This document shows positions 43,524 to 57,800 of a stretch of DNA of 64,000 nucleotides, piece after piece. The stretch is from Anaeromyxobacteraceae bacterium (GTDB lineage: Bacteria > Myxococcota > Myxococcia > Myxococcales > Anaeromyxobacteraceae): positions 832,001-896,000 of the forward strand of contig JASGHJ010000001.1 of assembly GCA_047602405.1 (NCBI GenBank), written 5' to 3'. Every line of letters starts with the position of its first letter. Positions within the stretch are counted from its first letter, which is position 1. The notes under the pieces are model-generated. The model worked only from the letters and a program-made list of their open reading frames with translations. It did not search any database and was not told the DNA's origin. The translations under genes and the position numbers were made by a program.

Positions 43524-45674
43524 TCATGAGATGAGCAGCCCTTCGAGGAAGAACGCGGCGAGGCCGAGCGCGAGCAGGATCGTCCAGAGCGGCACGGCCT
43601 TCCCGCCCGCGGAGGCCTGGGCGTCGCCCTCCACCTTCGCGTGCTGCGCGCCGCCGAGATGCGCCGCGAGCTCGTCGGGCGAGAGGCGCCGCGTGTCGGA
43701 CTCCCGCGGGTCGAAGGTGGCCGAGAACGCGAGCCGCGGCTCGAGGCGGGTCGCGCCGTTCGCGGCGACCTCGGCCTGCCAGAGGCCGGGGACGTCCGGC
43801 CGGAACACCGGCGTGCCGTCGCCGTCCTTCCCGAGCGCGCGCTCGAGCGGGCGGCCGCGCAGCTCGCGGCCGTCGGGCGCGAGGAGCCCCGCGAGCGCCT
43901 CGCCCTCCTCGAGCACGAGGCGGCGCGGCTCGCCCACGGCGACCGGCGTCTCGCGCCGCTCCTCGAGGCCCCCCGCGAGCCAGCCCGCGAAGCGCTGCAT
44001 CGCGGGCAGGTAGGAGGTGCGGATGGGCCAGTCGGTCCAGTCGCGGTCGGCCGTGGAGGTGAAGAGGAGCACCCTGCCCTTCCCGCGCCGGGCCTCCACG
44101 AGCGCGGGCGAGCCGTCGTCGAAGCGGGCCATCACGTGCGCGGCCGGGCCCTTCGAGATCGGCTTCACCGTGAGGTAACGGTACGTCCGCACGCCCATGA
44201 GGCCTTCCCGCGCCTCGCCGCCGAAGATCGAGAGCGCCGGGTGCTGGAAGTCGACCTCGTCGAAGCGCGCGGCGCGGGCCGAGGCGTCGGGCTGGCCGCG
44301 CTCGGCGGCGGTCTTCTCGACGTTGAGCGCCATCGGGAGGAGCGCCGGCAGCGCCTTCGCCCAGGCGTCGACGTCGACCTGGTCGCCGACCGAGACGAAG
44401 AGCCCACCCCCGCCCTCGACGAAGCGGACGAGGTCCGCTGCCTTCGCGGCGGGGTCGCGGACGTTGAGGAGCAGGACCACGTCGACCTTCGAGAGCTCCT
44501 CGGCGGGGAACGCCTCGGCGTCGACCACCCGGGCGCGCACCGGCGAGGCCGGTGACGCGAGCGCCTGGTCCACGAACGTGGCCTCGTCGCGGAAGCGCAC
44601 GGGCGAGGGCGAGCCGTCGACCACCAGCGCGCGGACCTCGCGCGGCACGAGCACCGGCAGGGCCCGGGTGTCGTCCTCGACGAGGCCGTCGGCGGGCAGC
44701 GCGACGCGCACGAGCGCGGGGCCACCTTGCGGGAAGGAGAGCGCGAGCGACTTCTTCGCGGCGGCGTCGGCGGGGAGGTCCACGAACGAGCGGATGACGG
44801 TGCGGGCGTCCTTGCCGGCGCCCAGGGTGAGCGCGAGGGAGACGTCCTTCCGGGCCTCCCCGGCGTTCGAGAGCTGGACGTTGACGCGGTAGCCGCGCGG
44901 GCCGGCGGAGAAGTCCGGCACGACGCCCAGGCCGGAGATCGAGCTGTTCGGCAGCGCCGCGCCGCGGGCGGCGTCGAGCACGGTCACCTCGGGGACCACG
45001 GGACCGTTCGGGCCGTCCACCTGCGGCGGCTTCGCGTCGAGGCGCCAGGCAGAGGCCGCGAGGTCGGTCGCGACGACGATCCGCTTCCCCAGGCCGGCCT
45101 GCGCCGGGTCGGCGCCGAGCGCGCGGGCGGCCTCGGCGACGCAGTTCGTGAGGTCGGCGTAGGCGGCGGAGGGCGCGGCGGCCTCGAGCGCCCGGCGGAG
45201 CACGTTGCGGTCGAAGGAGGGCGGCTCGCCGCGCGGGGCCTCGGCGCCGCAGACGACGAGCGTGGCGGGCTCCTCCGGCGTGAGCTCGGCGAGCGCGCCG
45301 AGCGCGTCGGAGCGGGCGCGCTCGAAGAGCGCCTTCCCGCCGAGCCGGTAGCGCATGGAGCCGGAGGCGTCGAGCACGATGGCGGTCGCGCGCGGGCCGA
45401 CCGGCACGGCCGCGGTGGCGGCGCCGGGCGACTCGAGCTTCGGGCGGAGCAGCGCGGCGGCGACGGCGAGGAGGAGCAGCGTGCGGGCGGCGAAGAGGAG
45501 GATCTTCCGCAGGCGCAGCCGGCTCTCCTGCTCTCGCCGGGCGCGCAGCACGAAGTCGATCGCCGGGAACGGCGTCGGCCGCGGGCGCCGGCGGAAGAAC
45601 AGGTGCACGAGGAGCGGGATCGCCGCGGCGAGGAGGCCCCACAGGAGCGCCGGGTTGCCGAGCGCGAGGTTCAT
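43524..45674 (-). CDS. BatA-domain / vWA membrane protein
   Basis: N-terminal AIPLLVHLFFRRRP..PFPA (BatA-like); MIDAS-like DASGSM; C-terminal TM (LWTILLAL...EGLL). Confidence 0.85.
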   Translation of the reverse strand: MNLALGNPALLWGLLAAAIPLLVHLFFRRRPRPTPFPAIDFVLRARREQESRLRLRKILLFAARTLLLLAVAAALLRPKLESPGAATAAVPVGPRATAIVLDASGSMRYRLGGKALFERARSDALGALAELTPEEPATLVVCGAEAPRGEPPSFDRNVLRRALEAAAPSAAYADLTNCVAEAARALGADPAQAGLGKRIVVATDLAASAWRLDAKPPQVDGPNGPVVPEVTVLDAARGAALPNSSISGLGVVPDFSAGPRGYRVNVQLSNAGEARKDVSLALTLGAGKDARTVIRSFVDLPADAAAKKSLALSFPQGGPALVRVALPADGLVEDDTRALPVLVPREVRALVVDGSPSPVRFRDEATFVDQALASPASPVRARVVDAEAFPAEELSKVDVVLLLNVRDPAAKAADLVRFVEGGGGLFVSVGDQVDVDAWAKALPALLPMALNVEKTAAERGQPDASARAARFDEVDFQHPALSIFGGEAREGLMGVRTYRYLTVKPISKGPAAHVMARFDDGSPALVEARRGKGRVLLFTSTADRDWTDWPIRTSYLPAMQRFAGWLAGGLEERRETPVAVGEPRRLVLEEGEALAGLLAPDGRELRGRPLERALGKDGDGTPVFRPDVPGLWQAEVAANGATRLEPRLAFSATFDPRESDTRRLSPDELAAHLGGAQHAKVEGDAQASAGGKAVPLWTILLALGLAAFFLEGLLIS

Positions 45675-46577
45675 GCGGCCGTGCGCTCCCGGCGCGCGAG
45701 GAACGGGAGCAGCACGTCCTCGAGCGGGCGATCGGTGCGGCAGAGGGCGTAGTCGACGTCGGCCTCGGCGGCGGCGCGGCGGGTGTCCTCGAGCCACCGG
45801 CCGAGGACCTCGAGGTAGCCCTTCCGGATGTCGCGGCCGTGGGCCTCGACCTGCCGCGAGTCCTCCATGGAGAGGAAGAGCGTCGGGTCGTCGAACGGGA
45901 ACTCGAGCTCGGCGGGGTCGAGCGTGTGGAAGAGCGTGACGTCGTGCTTGCGCCGGCCGAGCTGGGCGAGGCGCTTCACGATGGTCTCGTCCTTGTCGAA
46001 GAGGTCGCTGAAGACGAGCACGGACGAGCGGCGCGGCGCGTGCTCGATGATCCAGTCGATGGCGGCGCCGAGCCGGGTCTCGCCCTCCGCCTTCGCGTGC
46101 TGGAGCGCGTCGACCACCGGCTGCAGGTGCGCCGCGGAGGCCCGCGGCGGGATGGCACCCTTCACCTCGCCCTGCACGAGCAGGAGCCCCGCGGCGTCCT
46201 GCTGGCGCACGAGCAGGTAGCCGAGCGAGGCCGCCATGGAGGCCGCGAGCTCGAGCTTCGACCACGGCGCGGGCTCGGAGCGGTAGCCCATGGAGCCCGA
46301 GGCGTCGACGACGAGGTACGCGCGGAGGTTCGTCTCCTGCTCGAACTTCTTCACGTAGTACTTGTCGAACTTGCCGTAGGCCTTCCAGTCGATGTGCCGG
46401 ATTCTCGTCGCCGGGCGAGTACTCCTTGTGCTCCGCGAACTCGACCGACTGCCCGTGGTGCGGCGACTTGTGCAGGCCCGACAGGATCCCCTCCGTCACC
46501 GCGCGCACCCGGAGCCGGAGCGTGTCCAGGCGGGCCAGCACGGCAGGGTCGAGGAGGGGGGGCTTCGGGTCGGGCAC
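45671..46577 (-). CDS. DUF58 (vWA-like) protein; +1 frameshift at about 46402
   Basis: GLHKSPHHGQSVEFAEHKEYSPGDE(I)RHIDWK, VKKFEQETN, DASGSM, SDLF. Confidence 0.88.
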
Positions 46578-46594
46578 GGGGGTTCGCTGGGGCT

Positions 46595-46756
46595 TCGTGA
46601 ATCGGGCGTGTCGTGAATCGGCGTGTCGTGAATCGGCGTGTCGTGAATCGGCGTGTCGTGAATCGGCGTGTCGTGAATCGGGCTGGTGTTCGTGAATCGG
46701 GCTGGTGTTCGTGAATCGGGCTGGTGTTCGTGAATCGGGTCGGGGCCGTGAGTCGG
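46595..46756. repeat. Tandem repeat array with core TCGTGAATCGG (units of 16, 15 and 19 bp)
   Basis: Nine consecutive cores at 46595, 46611, 46626, 46641, 46656, 46671, 46690, 46709 and 46728, plus degenerate CGTGAGTCGG. Confidence 0.92.
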
Positions 46757-46800
46757 TTCTGGAGCCGTGAACCTGGGTCTGGAGTGGTCCCCGAATCCTA

Positions 46801-46851
46801 CCGTTCGTCCCGAGCGTAGCCACCGCGAAGCGGTGGCGGAGACGAGGGACG
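46801..46851. repeat. REP-like element (intergenic)
   Basis: Reverse complement is CGTCCCTCGTCTCC-GCCACCGC-TTC-GCGGTGGC-TACGCTCGGGACGAACGG. Confidence 0.85.
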
Positions 46852-46891
46852 ATCCCGGATCCGATCAGACATCTGGGCTCCGAGCTCCGCC

Positions 46892-47901
<1,010 letters not shown>

Positions 47902-47905
<4 letters not shown>

Positions 47906-49455
47906 GGGTGCTTCTCCCCGGACAGTATCCTCGCGAACCCCTGCTCGCGCGAGGCGCCCGCGGGGTCGCCCAGCTTCTCGAGCGCGAGCGCGAGGCCGGC
48001 GTGGATCTCGGGGTCGAAGGGGTCCTGGCGGTTGGCCTGGATGAGGTGGTCCCGGGCCCGCGACGCATCGCCGCGGTCGAGGAGCAGCCGGGCGAGGCGG
48101 ACGTTGAGGGCCGGGTAGTCCGGGTTCCACTCGAGCGCCTCGGCGAGGACCTTCTCGGCCTCGCCCTTCGAGCCGGACATCATCGCGGCGAGCGCGTACT
48201 GGTTCGCGAGGATCGGCACCCGCGGGCCGACCTTCTGGTACGCCTTCTGGTATTCCAGGCGCGCGGCGGTCCAGCGGCCGCGCTCCCGGAAGAGCTCGCC
48301 GAGCCGCGCCCAGCCCTTCGCGCGCTCGTCGCCGAGCTCGGCCCACTCCGACCAGGTGCCGCCGTGCTTCGGGTCGTCGCGGAAGCGCAGCCGGTCGAGC
48401 TCGTGCTGGCCGCCGCGCGGCAGCGGGCGGGCGGCCATGTACCTCCTCCACTCGCCGAGGAACCGGTCGAAGGGCAGCCCCATCGCCTGGGCGACCGCGT
48501 CCGGCGTCGACCTCCCCTCCCCGACGAGCTCGAGCACGCGCCGGAGCACGTCCGGCCCGCGCTGCTTCACCATGTACTCGACCGCCATCGCGACCTGCGC
48601 GTAGGCGAGCGCGGCGCGCTCCTGCGACGGGAGCTTCGCGAGCGAGGGGTGCATCTCCTCGAAGGTGACGAGCCTGTTCTTCTGCACCGCCTCGCGGACG
48701 AGCGCGGCCGAGAACGGCGACACCGGCTCGCCGCCGCCGCGCCAGTCGTCCTCGAACCACTTCGCGAGCCCCTCCTGCAGCCAGATGGGCGCGTGGTTGC
48801 GCGAGACGCGGGTGAGGACGAGGTGCGTGTACTCGTGCGCCGCCGTGTCGAGCCAGTCGTAGCCCTTGAGGAGGGCCTTCGGCGACAGGATCATCAGCTT
48901 GTTGAACTTGCAGACCGCGACCGTGCCGGAGGTGCGGATCTCCTCGTCCGAGAGCGTCGAGACCTTCGCGAGCGCGGAGGGCGTGTCGACGAGCTCGACC
49001 GTGAAGCGGCCCGGCGGCTCGTAGCCGAGCGCCTTCCCGAGCACCGCGCGCTGCGCCTCGAGCGCCTCGGTGAGGTAGGGGACGAGCACCGCCTCCTTGC
49101 CCTTCGAGTGGGTGATGACGAAGTGCTGCGACTCGACCCGCACGGCACCGGCCGTGACGCCCTTCGCGGCCCTCGCGAGGGCGAGGTAGCCCGTCGGGTC
49201 GCCCAGGCCCGAGGCCTCCATGAGCGCGACGGCCTCGTCGTAGCGCTGCTCGTGGAAGCGGAGGATGCCGGCGGCGAGCTGCACCGAGGGATCGTCCGGG
49301 TCGGAGGCGAGGAGCGGCTCGACGAGCGAGCGCGCCTGGTCCACGTCCTCGGCCGCGAGGGCCTCGATGGCGGCCGAGACGCGCGGGTCGGACTTCCGCG
49401 GCGCGGCGAGGGCGAGCGCGGGGACGAGCGCGACGATGGCGACCCAGGCCCTCAC
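47902..49455 (-). CDS. Secreted peptidase-MA-like zinc metalloprotein with TPR repeats
   Basis: Signal peptide; HEYTH and [12 protein letters not shown]-like N- and C-termini. Confidence 0.8.
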
Positions 49456-52400
49456 TTCACGAGCTCCTCGTAGTACCGCTGCACGTCGGCCCGGTAGCGC
49501 TCGGGCGCGCCCTGCTTCATCGCCTCGAGGAGGTCCTTGCGGAACTCCTCCGGCACCTTGTGCGCGTCGGCGCCGGGGATCTCGACGCGGTCGTGCGAGA
49601 GCTCGTTGCCGTCGCCCTCGTCGGAGCCCGGGCCGTTCGAGGCGAACGGGAACGGGAAGCCCTCGCCGCCGGAGCCGCCCTTCTGCGCCTGCTTCGCGGC
49701 CTCTTCCAGCCCCTTCTGGAACCGGTCGAGCGCGTCCATCGCGAGCTCCTGCTCGCCGTGCCCGCGCTGGGGGTTCTTCATGCCGAGCTCGGCCGAGGCG
49801 CGGCCCATGTGCCCGCGCGACTCGCCGAGCTGCGACTGCGCGTCGGGCGGGAACACCGGCGCCTGCTGCATGAGCTGCGAGAGCTGCTGCTGGAGCCCCC
49901 CGGCCCGCTTCTCGAGCTCCGCCTGCCTCCGGGAGAGCCCCTCGAGCTTCTTCTGCGACTCCTGCCCGAGCATCTGCCGCGGGTCCGGGAACAGCTTCCC
50001 GAGCTGGTCGCGCACCTCGCGGGCCTTCGGCGCCGCGCGCCGCACGTGCTCGGTCGCGTCGCGCACCTTCTCGGCGTCGCCCGGCTTCGAGTACGGCGAC
50101 TCCGCCGCGATGCGGTCCTCCTCCAGGCTCTGCAGGAGCCGGTCGGTGGACGCCGCGGCCTGCTGCGCGGTCTCCCACGCGCCACCGAGCTCCTTCATCG
50201 CGAGCGCGCGCTCGAGCCCGGCGAGCATCTCCTTCGCGCGATCCTGGTCCATCTCGCCGCGGAAGCCCACGCCGGGCTGCGCCTGCTCCACCTCGCGCTT
50301 CGCGTCGCCGGCGAGCTTCTCGAGCCGCTTCAGCTCGCCCTCGGCGCCCTTCAGGCGGTCCTGCAGCTTCTTGCGGTACTCCGAGCGGATCTGCTCGGTC
50401 TCCTCGGCCGTCTTCTGCTGGTCGGCGCGGATCTGCTCGAGCTCCTCCTTGAAGGCGAGCATCTGCTTCATGAGCTCGCGGTTCTGCTCGCCCGGCCGCC
50501 CGGCGGTCTTCTCGAGGCCCGCGACCATCTTGTCGAGCTGGGACGCCATCTCGTCGAGCGCCTTCATCGCGCCCTCGACGTCGCCCTGCGCGAGCTTCTG
50601 CTCGACCTCGTCGAGGCCGCCGAGGAGATCCTTCGAGCGCTGCATCTCGGCGAGCGCCTCGGCGTTCATGTGCTCGTCCTGGAAGCCCTTCGAGAGCTCC
50701 GCCATCCGCGCGAGGAGATCCTTCACGCGGTCCTTCATGCGCTGGACCTGCGCGAGGAGCTCCTGCTTCGCCTGCTCGGTGGGCGCCCGCCGGTACTTCT
50801 CGACGGTGTCGGCGAGCTCGCGGCGCCGGTCCTTGAGCTGCCTCGCGAGCTTCACGAGCTCGTCGGCGCGCTCCTTGTCCATCAGCTGCTCGAGGTAGAG
50901 GATCCCCTTCTCGAGCTCGCGGTCGAGGGCCCCGTCGTAGACGTTCATCGTGCGGACGATCCCGGCGTCGGGCCGCAGGCGCATCTTCACCGCGCTCGCC
51001 ACCGCGGTGCGCACGCCGGAGAGCCGCACCTCCGCCTCGCGCACGAGCCCTGCGACGTTCGCGAGCGCGCGGGAGAGCGGGGCCGAGCCGGCGCGGTCCT
51101 TGCCGATCTCGCGGGCGAGCTGGCGCAGGCGCTCGTGCACCTTGCGGGTCCTCGCGTCGAGCGCCATCGCGAGCGGCAGGCGCTGCTCGGTGGCGATCGA
51201 TCCGGCCGCGAAGGTCTCGAGGCGGTCGGCGAGGAGGACGATCATCTCCTCCTGGGCGGCCTTCACCTGCTCGACGAGCTTCCGGCGGTGCTCCGCCTCG
51301 GAGTAGATGCGGACGACGTGCGTCTCGGAGGCGGAGCGCTTCGGCCCGGAGATGGTGTCGCCGTCGGAGGCCTCGACCCAGTAGGTGAGCGCCTCGCCCT
51401 CGCCGAGCCGCTCCGGCGCGAGGTCGAGCAGCTTCTCCCCGCGCTCGCGGCGCGCGCCGGCGGCGGTGCGGAGCACCTCGCGCTTCTCGGCCGCCCGGCC
51501 CGGCGCCTTCGTGACGAGCGCGATCTCGCCGAGGCCGACGTCGTCCTCGGCCTGCCACTGGATGCGGACGACCGCGCCCGGATCGACCTCGAGCTCGCGC
51601 TCGGGCGAGGTGATGCGCACGACCGGCGCCTCGTCCGCCTCGACGGCGATCGGGATCCTGGGGCCCTCGGCGACCGGCTTCCCGCGCCCGTCGAGGAAGC
51701 GGAACCGGTACGTCCCGGCGGAGTCGACGAGGAGCTTGCCCGCGAGGTCGCGCCCGCCGGTCACCGCGAGCGACACCTGGCGCGCGGCGGCCTTGCCGTC
51801 CGCGCCCACGCCCTCCACCGCGAGCTCGGCCGCCTTGACCTCGCGGTCCGCGCGCGTCCTGAGCTCGACCTCGGTGCCCTTCGGCGCCTTCACCTCGCCG
51901 CCGGTGCCGGAGGCCGTGCGCGGCTCGCGCCGCATGTAGGCCGGGTAGCGGTAGGTGAGCTCGATGTCGCCGGTGATGGGCTCCATGTCGGCGACGAGCG
52001 CGCCGGGCGGATCGCCGGCGACCACGCGCGCGTAGGCCTTCGTGAACGCGCCCCGGCCGACCGCGAACGCGACGAGGTGCAGCGCCGCCACCGCCGCGAG
52101 CGCGAGCATGCCGCGGCGGGCCCAGCGGTCCGGGATGGCGCGAGGGACGTCGAGCGTGCGCGCGCGCGCGGCCGTGCGCTCGAGGTGGCCGTCGACGAGG
52201 GCGACCGAGTAGTCGCCGCGCTCGGCGATGCGCCCGCGGTCGCGCGCGAGCTCGATGGAGGAGAGGAGGTCGCTCCGGAGCGCGGGCTCGTCCTTCGCGA
52301 GCGTCCGCGCCGCCGCCGCGTCCGACCAGGCGGTCCGGAGCGCCGCGCGCACCGCGAGTCCGATCGCCACGAGGGCGCCGGCTCCCGCGAGGCCGAGCAC

Positions 52401-52571
52401 CCACGGCCGCACCCCGAGGCGGGCCCCGAGCGATACCGCCACGGCCCCGAGGAGGAGCACGAGCAGGACCGCCGCGAGTCCGAAGGCACCCGCGGCCGAG
52501 GCGATTGTGGTCGCCTGCCGGCGGCGCGCCGCGGCGAGGACGGCGGCGATCTCGCCGAAAGCGGGGTTCAT
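49452..52571 (-). CDS. DUF4175-family membrane coiled-coil protein
   Basis: N-terminal TMs, YPAY, AEDDVGL, long Gln/Glu coiled coil, C-terminal [15 protein letters not shown]. Confidence 0.8.
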   Translation of the reverse strand: MNPAFGEIAAVLAAARRRQATTIASAAGAFGLAAVLLVLLLGAVAVSLGARLGVRPWVLGLAGAGALVAIGLAVRAALRTAWSDAAAARTLAKDEPALRSDLLSSIELARDRGRIAERGDYSVALVDGHLERTAARARTLDVPRAIPDRWARRGMLALAAVAALHLVAFAVGRGAFTKAYARVVAGDPPGALVADMEPITGDIELTYRYPAYMRREPRTASGTGGEVKAPKGTEVELRTRADREVKAAELAVEGVGADGKAAARQVSLAVTGGRDLAGKLLVDSAGTYRFRFLDGRGKPVAEGPRIPIAVEADEAPVVRITSPERELEVDPGAVVRIQWQAEDDVGLGEIALVTKAPGRAAEKREVLRTAAGARRERGEKLLDLAPERLGEGEALTYWVEASDGDTISGPKRSASETHVVRIYSEAEHRRKLVEQVKAAQEEMIVLLADRLETFAAGSIATEQRLPLAMALDARTRKVHERLRQLAREIGKDRAGSAPLSRALANVAGLVREAEVRLSGVRTAVASAVKMRLRPDAGIVRTMNVYDGALDRELEKGILYLEQLMDKERADELVKLARQLKDRRRELADTVEKYRRAPTEQAKQELLAQVQRMKDRVKDLLARMAELSKGFQDEHMNAEALAEMQRSKDLLGGLDEVEQKLAQGDVEGAMKALDEMASQLDKMVAGLEKTAGRPGEQNRELMKQMLAFKEELEQIRADQQKTAEETEQIRSEYRKKLQDRLKGAEGELKRLEKLAGDAKREVEQAQPGVGFRGEMDQDRAKEMLAGLERALAMKELGGAWETAQQAAASTDRLLQSLEEDRIAAESPYSKPGDAEKVRDATEHVRRAAPKAREVRDQLGKLFPDPRQMLGQESQKKLEGLSRRQAELEKRAGGLQQQLSQLMQQAPVFPPDAQSQLGESRGHMGRASAELGMKNPQRGHGEQELAMDALDRFQKGLEEAAKQAQKGGSGGEGFPFPFASNGPGSDEGDGNELSHDRVEIPGADAHKVPEEFRKDLLEAMKQGAPERYRADVQRYYEELVK

Positions 52572-52729
52572 GGCGGTGATGTCTGGCAAAACCGGGGCCT
52601 CGGCCCGTCATTCCGGGCGGTCCAGGGAGGATAACCTCCAACCGTCCGCCGCGCGCCCTCGTCGGCCGGAAAGGGGTCGTTCGGGTCGGGGACGCCGGCC
52701 CGGGGTGTGCTAGCGTCCCGCCCGGACCC

Positions 52730-53377
52730 GTGAATTCGCCCCGGCCGCCCACCGTCCCTCCCGAGGAAGCCGACGACCTCGCCCTGGTCTCCCGGGCGCA
52801 GGGCGGCGACCAGGACGCCTTCAGGACCCTGGTCGTGCGCTTCCAGAGGAAGGTCTACGCCGTGGCGCTCGGCATCGTGAAGGATCCGGATCTGGCCTGG
52901 GACGTCGCCCAGGAGGCGTTCGTGCGGGTGCACGGGCGGCTCTCGACGTTCGAGGGCAAGTCCGCCTTCTCGACCTGGCTGTTCCGGGTGACGACCCACC
53001 TCGCCATCGACGCGGTCAGGAAGGAGCGGACGGCCCGCAAGGACCAGCTCGAGGACGTCCTCGAGTCGGACCTCGAGGGCGGCAGCGAGGGCATCCTGTC
53101 GACCGCGCTCGGGAACGACCCGCGCGAGAACGCGCTCCGCAAGGAGCTCGCCGGGGAGATCGAGCGGGCGCTCGGGACCTTGAGCGCCGAGCACCGCGCC
53201 ATCATCGTGCTGCGGGAGCTGGAGGGGCTCTCGTACGAGGAGCTGGCGGAGCGGCTCGACATCCCGAAGGGCACGGTGATGAGCCGGCTCTTCCACGCGC
53301 GCAAGAAGCTGCAGGCGGCGCTCCGGGAGTACTCCGGGCTCGTGCCCGCCGACGAACGGAAGGAAGACGAGTCATGA
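52730..53377 (+). CDS. ECF RNA polymerase sigma factor
   Basis: GDQDAFRTLV.RFQ, DVAQEAF, FSTWLFRV, LSYEELAE, GTVMSRLFHAR. Confidence 0.93.
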   Translation: MNSPRPPTVPPEEADDLALVSRAQGGDQDAFRTLVVRFQRKVYAVALGIVKDPDLAWDVAQEAFVRVHGRLSTFEGKSAFSTWLFRVTTHLAIDAVRKERTARKDQLEDVLESDLEGGSEGILSTALGNDPRENALRKELAGEIERALGTLSAEHRAIIVLRELEGLSYEELAERLDIPKGTVMSRLFHARKKLQAALREYSGLVPADERKEDES

Positions 53378-53838
53378 ACCGCGGCACGAACTGCGCGCGC
53401 TGGGCGCCGATGATCGGCGCCATGGAGGGCGAGCTCACCGCCGAGGAGGCGCGCGGCCTCGAGGTGCACCTCGCCGGCTGCGACGCCTGCCGGGCGCTCG
53501 CCGCCGATGTGGCGGCCACCGAGGGGCTCGTCGCCGAGGCGCTGCTCGCGAAGGCGGCGCGGCGCGACTTCGCCCCCTTCGTGGACCAGGTCATGGCCCG
53601 GGTGGCGCCTCCCGCCCGGCCGGGCCTCATCGAGTGGATCCGGGGTCACCGGCGGGCCGTCGCCGCCCTGCTCGCCCCGGGATTGGCCGCCGCGGCGCTC
53701 GTCGTGTACCTTTCGACCGGGGCTGGCGAGCAGGCGAGCGTCGCCTCGCTGGAGGTCGACTCCGAGGGTGAGGCCACCACCGTGATCCAGACCAACGACG
53801 GTCCGATCGTGCTCCTGGCGCCGGAGGACGCGACGTGA
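53374..53838 (+). CDS. Zinc-finger (ZAS, zf-HC2) anti-sigma factor
   Basis: HLAGCDAC motif, single TM; ATGA-coupled to the ECF sigma. Confidence 0.88.
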   Translation: MNRGTNCARWAPMIGAMEGELTAEEARGLEVHLAGCDACRALAADVAATEGLVAEALLAKAARRDFAPFVDQVMARVAPPARPGLIEWIRGHRRAVAALLAPGLAAAALVVYLSTGAGEQASVASLEVDSEGEATTVIQTNDGPIVLLAPEDAT

Positions 53839-54281
53839 TCGCGCCCGCGCGCCGCGCCCGCGCGTGGACGAGCCTCGTGCTCGCGTTCGCGCTCGCCCTG
53901 CCCTCCGCCGCGCTCGCCGAGGTGCCGGTGGGCATCCGCGTCGTGCGCGCCTCGAAGAAGGGGCCGGCCCAGATCGACCCCCGGCTCGGCGACCTCAAGC
54001 GGCAGATCTCCCCGCTCGCCTACGTGCGGTGGGACCAGGTGTCCGAGAAGAAGGTCGACCTCAAGCCCGGGAAGACCGAGTTCGTCGACCTGCCCGGCGG
54101 CGAGACCGTGGGCGTGACGCTGCAGGAGGCCCGCGGCAACACGCTCACGCTCGAGGTCGCGATCACCCAGCGGAACACGCAGAGCCGGGTGACCGTCGAG
54201 AAGGGCCAGCGGATCGTCCACGGCGTCGTGCCCGAGAAGGGCGGCGAGGCCGTGTTCATCGTGCTGACGGGGTGGCCGTAG
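53835..54281 (+). CDS. Small secreted hypothetical protein
   Basis: Signal peptide ...SAALA-E; coupled to the anti-sigma gene. Confidence 0.75.
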   Translation: MIAPARRARAWTSLVLAFALALPSAALAEVPVGIRVVRASKKGPAQIDPRLGDLKRQISPLAYVRWDQVSEKKVDLKPGKTEFVDLPGGETVGVTLQEARGNTLTLEVAITQRNTQSRVTVEKGQRIVHGVVPEKGGEAVFIVLTGWP

Positions 54282-54328
54282 CCCTTCGACTTCGGCCCGC
54301 CTCCGCGGGCCCACGCTCGGGATGAGCG
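54281..54328. repeat. REP-like element between convergent genes
   Basis: GCCCTTCGACTTC-GGCCCGC-CTCC-GCGGGCC-CACGCTCGGGATGAGCG. Confidence 0.7.
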
Positions 54329-56089
<1,761 letters not shown>

Positions 56090-56093
<4 letters not shown>

Positions 56094-57040
56094 GGGAGGG
56101 CCTGTCCTAACACGCGCCCCGCCGTCCGCACCGGATTCGCCAGGAGGTCCCGCCCGAGGTCTGCCTCGAACGTGCGCGCGCCGTCGGCCACCGCGCCGAG
56201 GAGCGCGAGGTGCGCCCGGACGCCGGGGAGCGCGCCGACCGCGACGAGCGCGGAGGACTCGGCGAGACGACCCAGCGCCGCCGCGGGCGAGAGCGGGTGG
56301 AGCGCCGTGTCGTCGCGATCGGCGACGCGCGGGAAGACGAGCGCTGCGGGAGCGCCGGCCTCGTGGCGCTCCCGGCCCGGGAAGAGCGCGCGCGGGTCGA
56401 GCGCGAGCTTGCCGAGCGCGGTCGTCCGATCCGAGGGGACGGCCGGGGCGCCGGGGATGGCGGCGGCGCTCCGCGGCGCGAGGTGGAACGCGCGCGGCAG
56501 CGCGAGCACGCGCGGACCCGCGGCGAGGAGCACGACGTCGTCGCCGAGGTACGCGCAGCCGGCCGCGACGAGCGCGGCGACGAGCGTGCTCTTGCCGCAG
56601 CCGGACGGGCCGGGGAGGAGCAGCACCCGGCCGCCGGGATCCACCACCGCGCCGGCGTGGAGGTGGTGGAGGCCGCGCTCGCGCAGGACCGCCGAGAGCG
56701 CGAGGAGGAGCGGCAGGTGCGCGACCGCCCAGGCCTGGGCCTCGTCGAGCGGCGCCGGGACCTCGATCCGGAGGTGCTCCGCGCGCCTGGTGACGGTCGC
56801 GAGCGAGGTGTCCACGCGGAGCGCGCCGCCTTCGCGCAGGCGCAGCTCGGCGCCCTGGAACGTCTGATCGGGCGGGCCCTCCGGCCTGGTGCGCGCGGCG
56901 ACGACCTCGGTCTCGATGACGAGGCCGGCGGGCGCCCCGGGCGCGGCCGCGGCGACGTGCCCGAGCAGGAGCTCCGCCGGATCCACGCCGGCGGCGCAGC
57001 GGTGCTCGAGGACGAGCCCGTGGAGCGCGCGGCGGGCCAC
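56090..57040 (-). CDS. HprK-related P-loop kinase
   Basis: LHAGAV, GPSGCGKST, YLGDD: the His / Walker A / DD layout of HPr-kinase-like enzymes. Confidence 0.8.
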
Positions 57041-57044
57041 GGCG

Positions 57045-57789
57045 TCAGCCCGCGTTCTCGACGATGACGCCGTCCTCGCGGAGCTCCCTCACGAGCGTCT
57101 CCACGTGGCGGCGGATGTCGGACGGATTCGATCTCGGGGAACTCGGCGGCGAGCCCCTGCGCGATGGCGGCCTCGTCCGAGGCGCCGGCGGCGAGGAGCT
57201 TCCAGGCGATCACGCCGGTGGCGTTGAGCGTGAGGTAGCGGCGCGTGCCGAGGTGGAGCAGCACGCCCGTCCCGTCGCCGAGCTCGGTGAGGATCGCGTC
57301 CCCGGAGGGCCTGAGGCCTGGCATCGTCGCGCGCTCCCGCGCGGCGAGGAGCGTACCCGGATCCGCCGGCCAGGCGAAGGCGATCGCGAAGCGGCCCGGC
57401 GGCGGCGCGCCGATGGAGGGCTTCCCGTCGCGCAGGAGCCAGGCGTGCGCCCGGTAGTCGCCGGGCATGTGGGTCCGGCGGCGCAGGCCGATGAGGAATT
57501 TCACGTCCGCACCCGCCGCGCGCAGCACCGCGTAGCCCGCGAGCGCACGCCACAGGCAGGTGGTGGGCCAGAGGCGCAGGGGGCGCATGAGGAGGGCGCT
57601 CAGGGACTCGACGGCGAACGTCCCCTGGTCGCCCCTTCGCCCTTCGACAGGCTCAGGGCGAACGGAGACCGGCGCGCCCGCGTCGAGCTGGCGCAGCAGG
57701 TCCGGCAGCGCCTCGCGCCGGAACTGGAGCGGCAGCGTGAGCCGCAGGCGCAGGAGCCGGAGCGCGGTGCGGAGCGAGGCCCGGGCCAC
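57045..57789 (-). CDS. Fusion of lasso-type B2 leader peptidase (transglutaminase-like) and C-terminal PqqD/RRE domain; +1 frameshift at about 57127
   Basis: TTCLWRALA (Cys) and AHAWL.RDG (His/Asp) run in frame into ELGDGTGVLLHLGTRRYLTLNATGVIAWKLL (PqqD). Removing one base gives IDPSDIRRHVETLVRELREDGVI*. Confidence 0.82.
57639..57665. repeat. Short REP-like element inside the B2 domain (27 bp)
   Basis: GCCCTTCGACAGGCTCAGGGCGAACGG, near-identical to the 19481-19507 copy; read as SVRPEPVEGR. Confidence 0.8.
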
Positions 57790-57800
57790 GCGCGGTCCCG

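Noticed and set aside
46595..46756. Possible CRISPR array
   Set aside because: Units are only 15-19 bp with invariant intervening sequence, no unique spacers and no cas genes.
57045..57324. PQQ biosynthesis gene pqqD supporting the PQQ dehydrogenase at 4198
   Set aside because: No pqqA/B/C/E nearby; the domain is fused to a B2 peptidase, which fits an RRE role.
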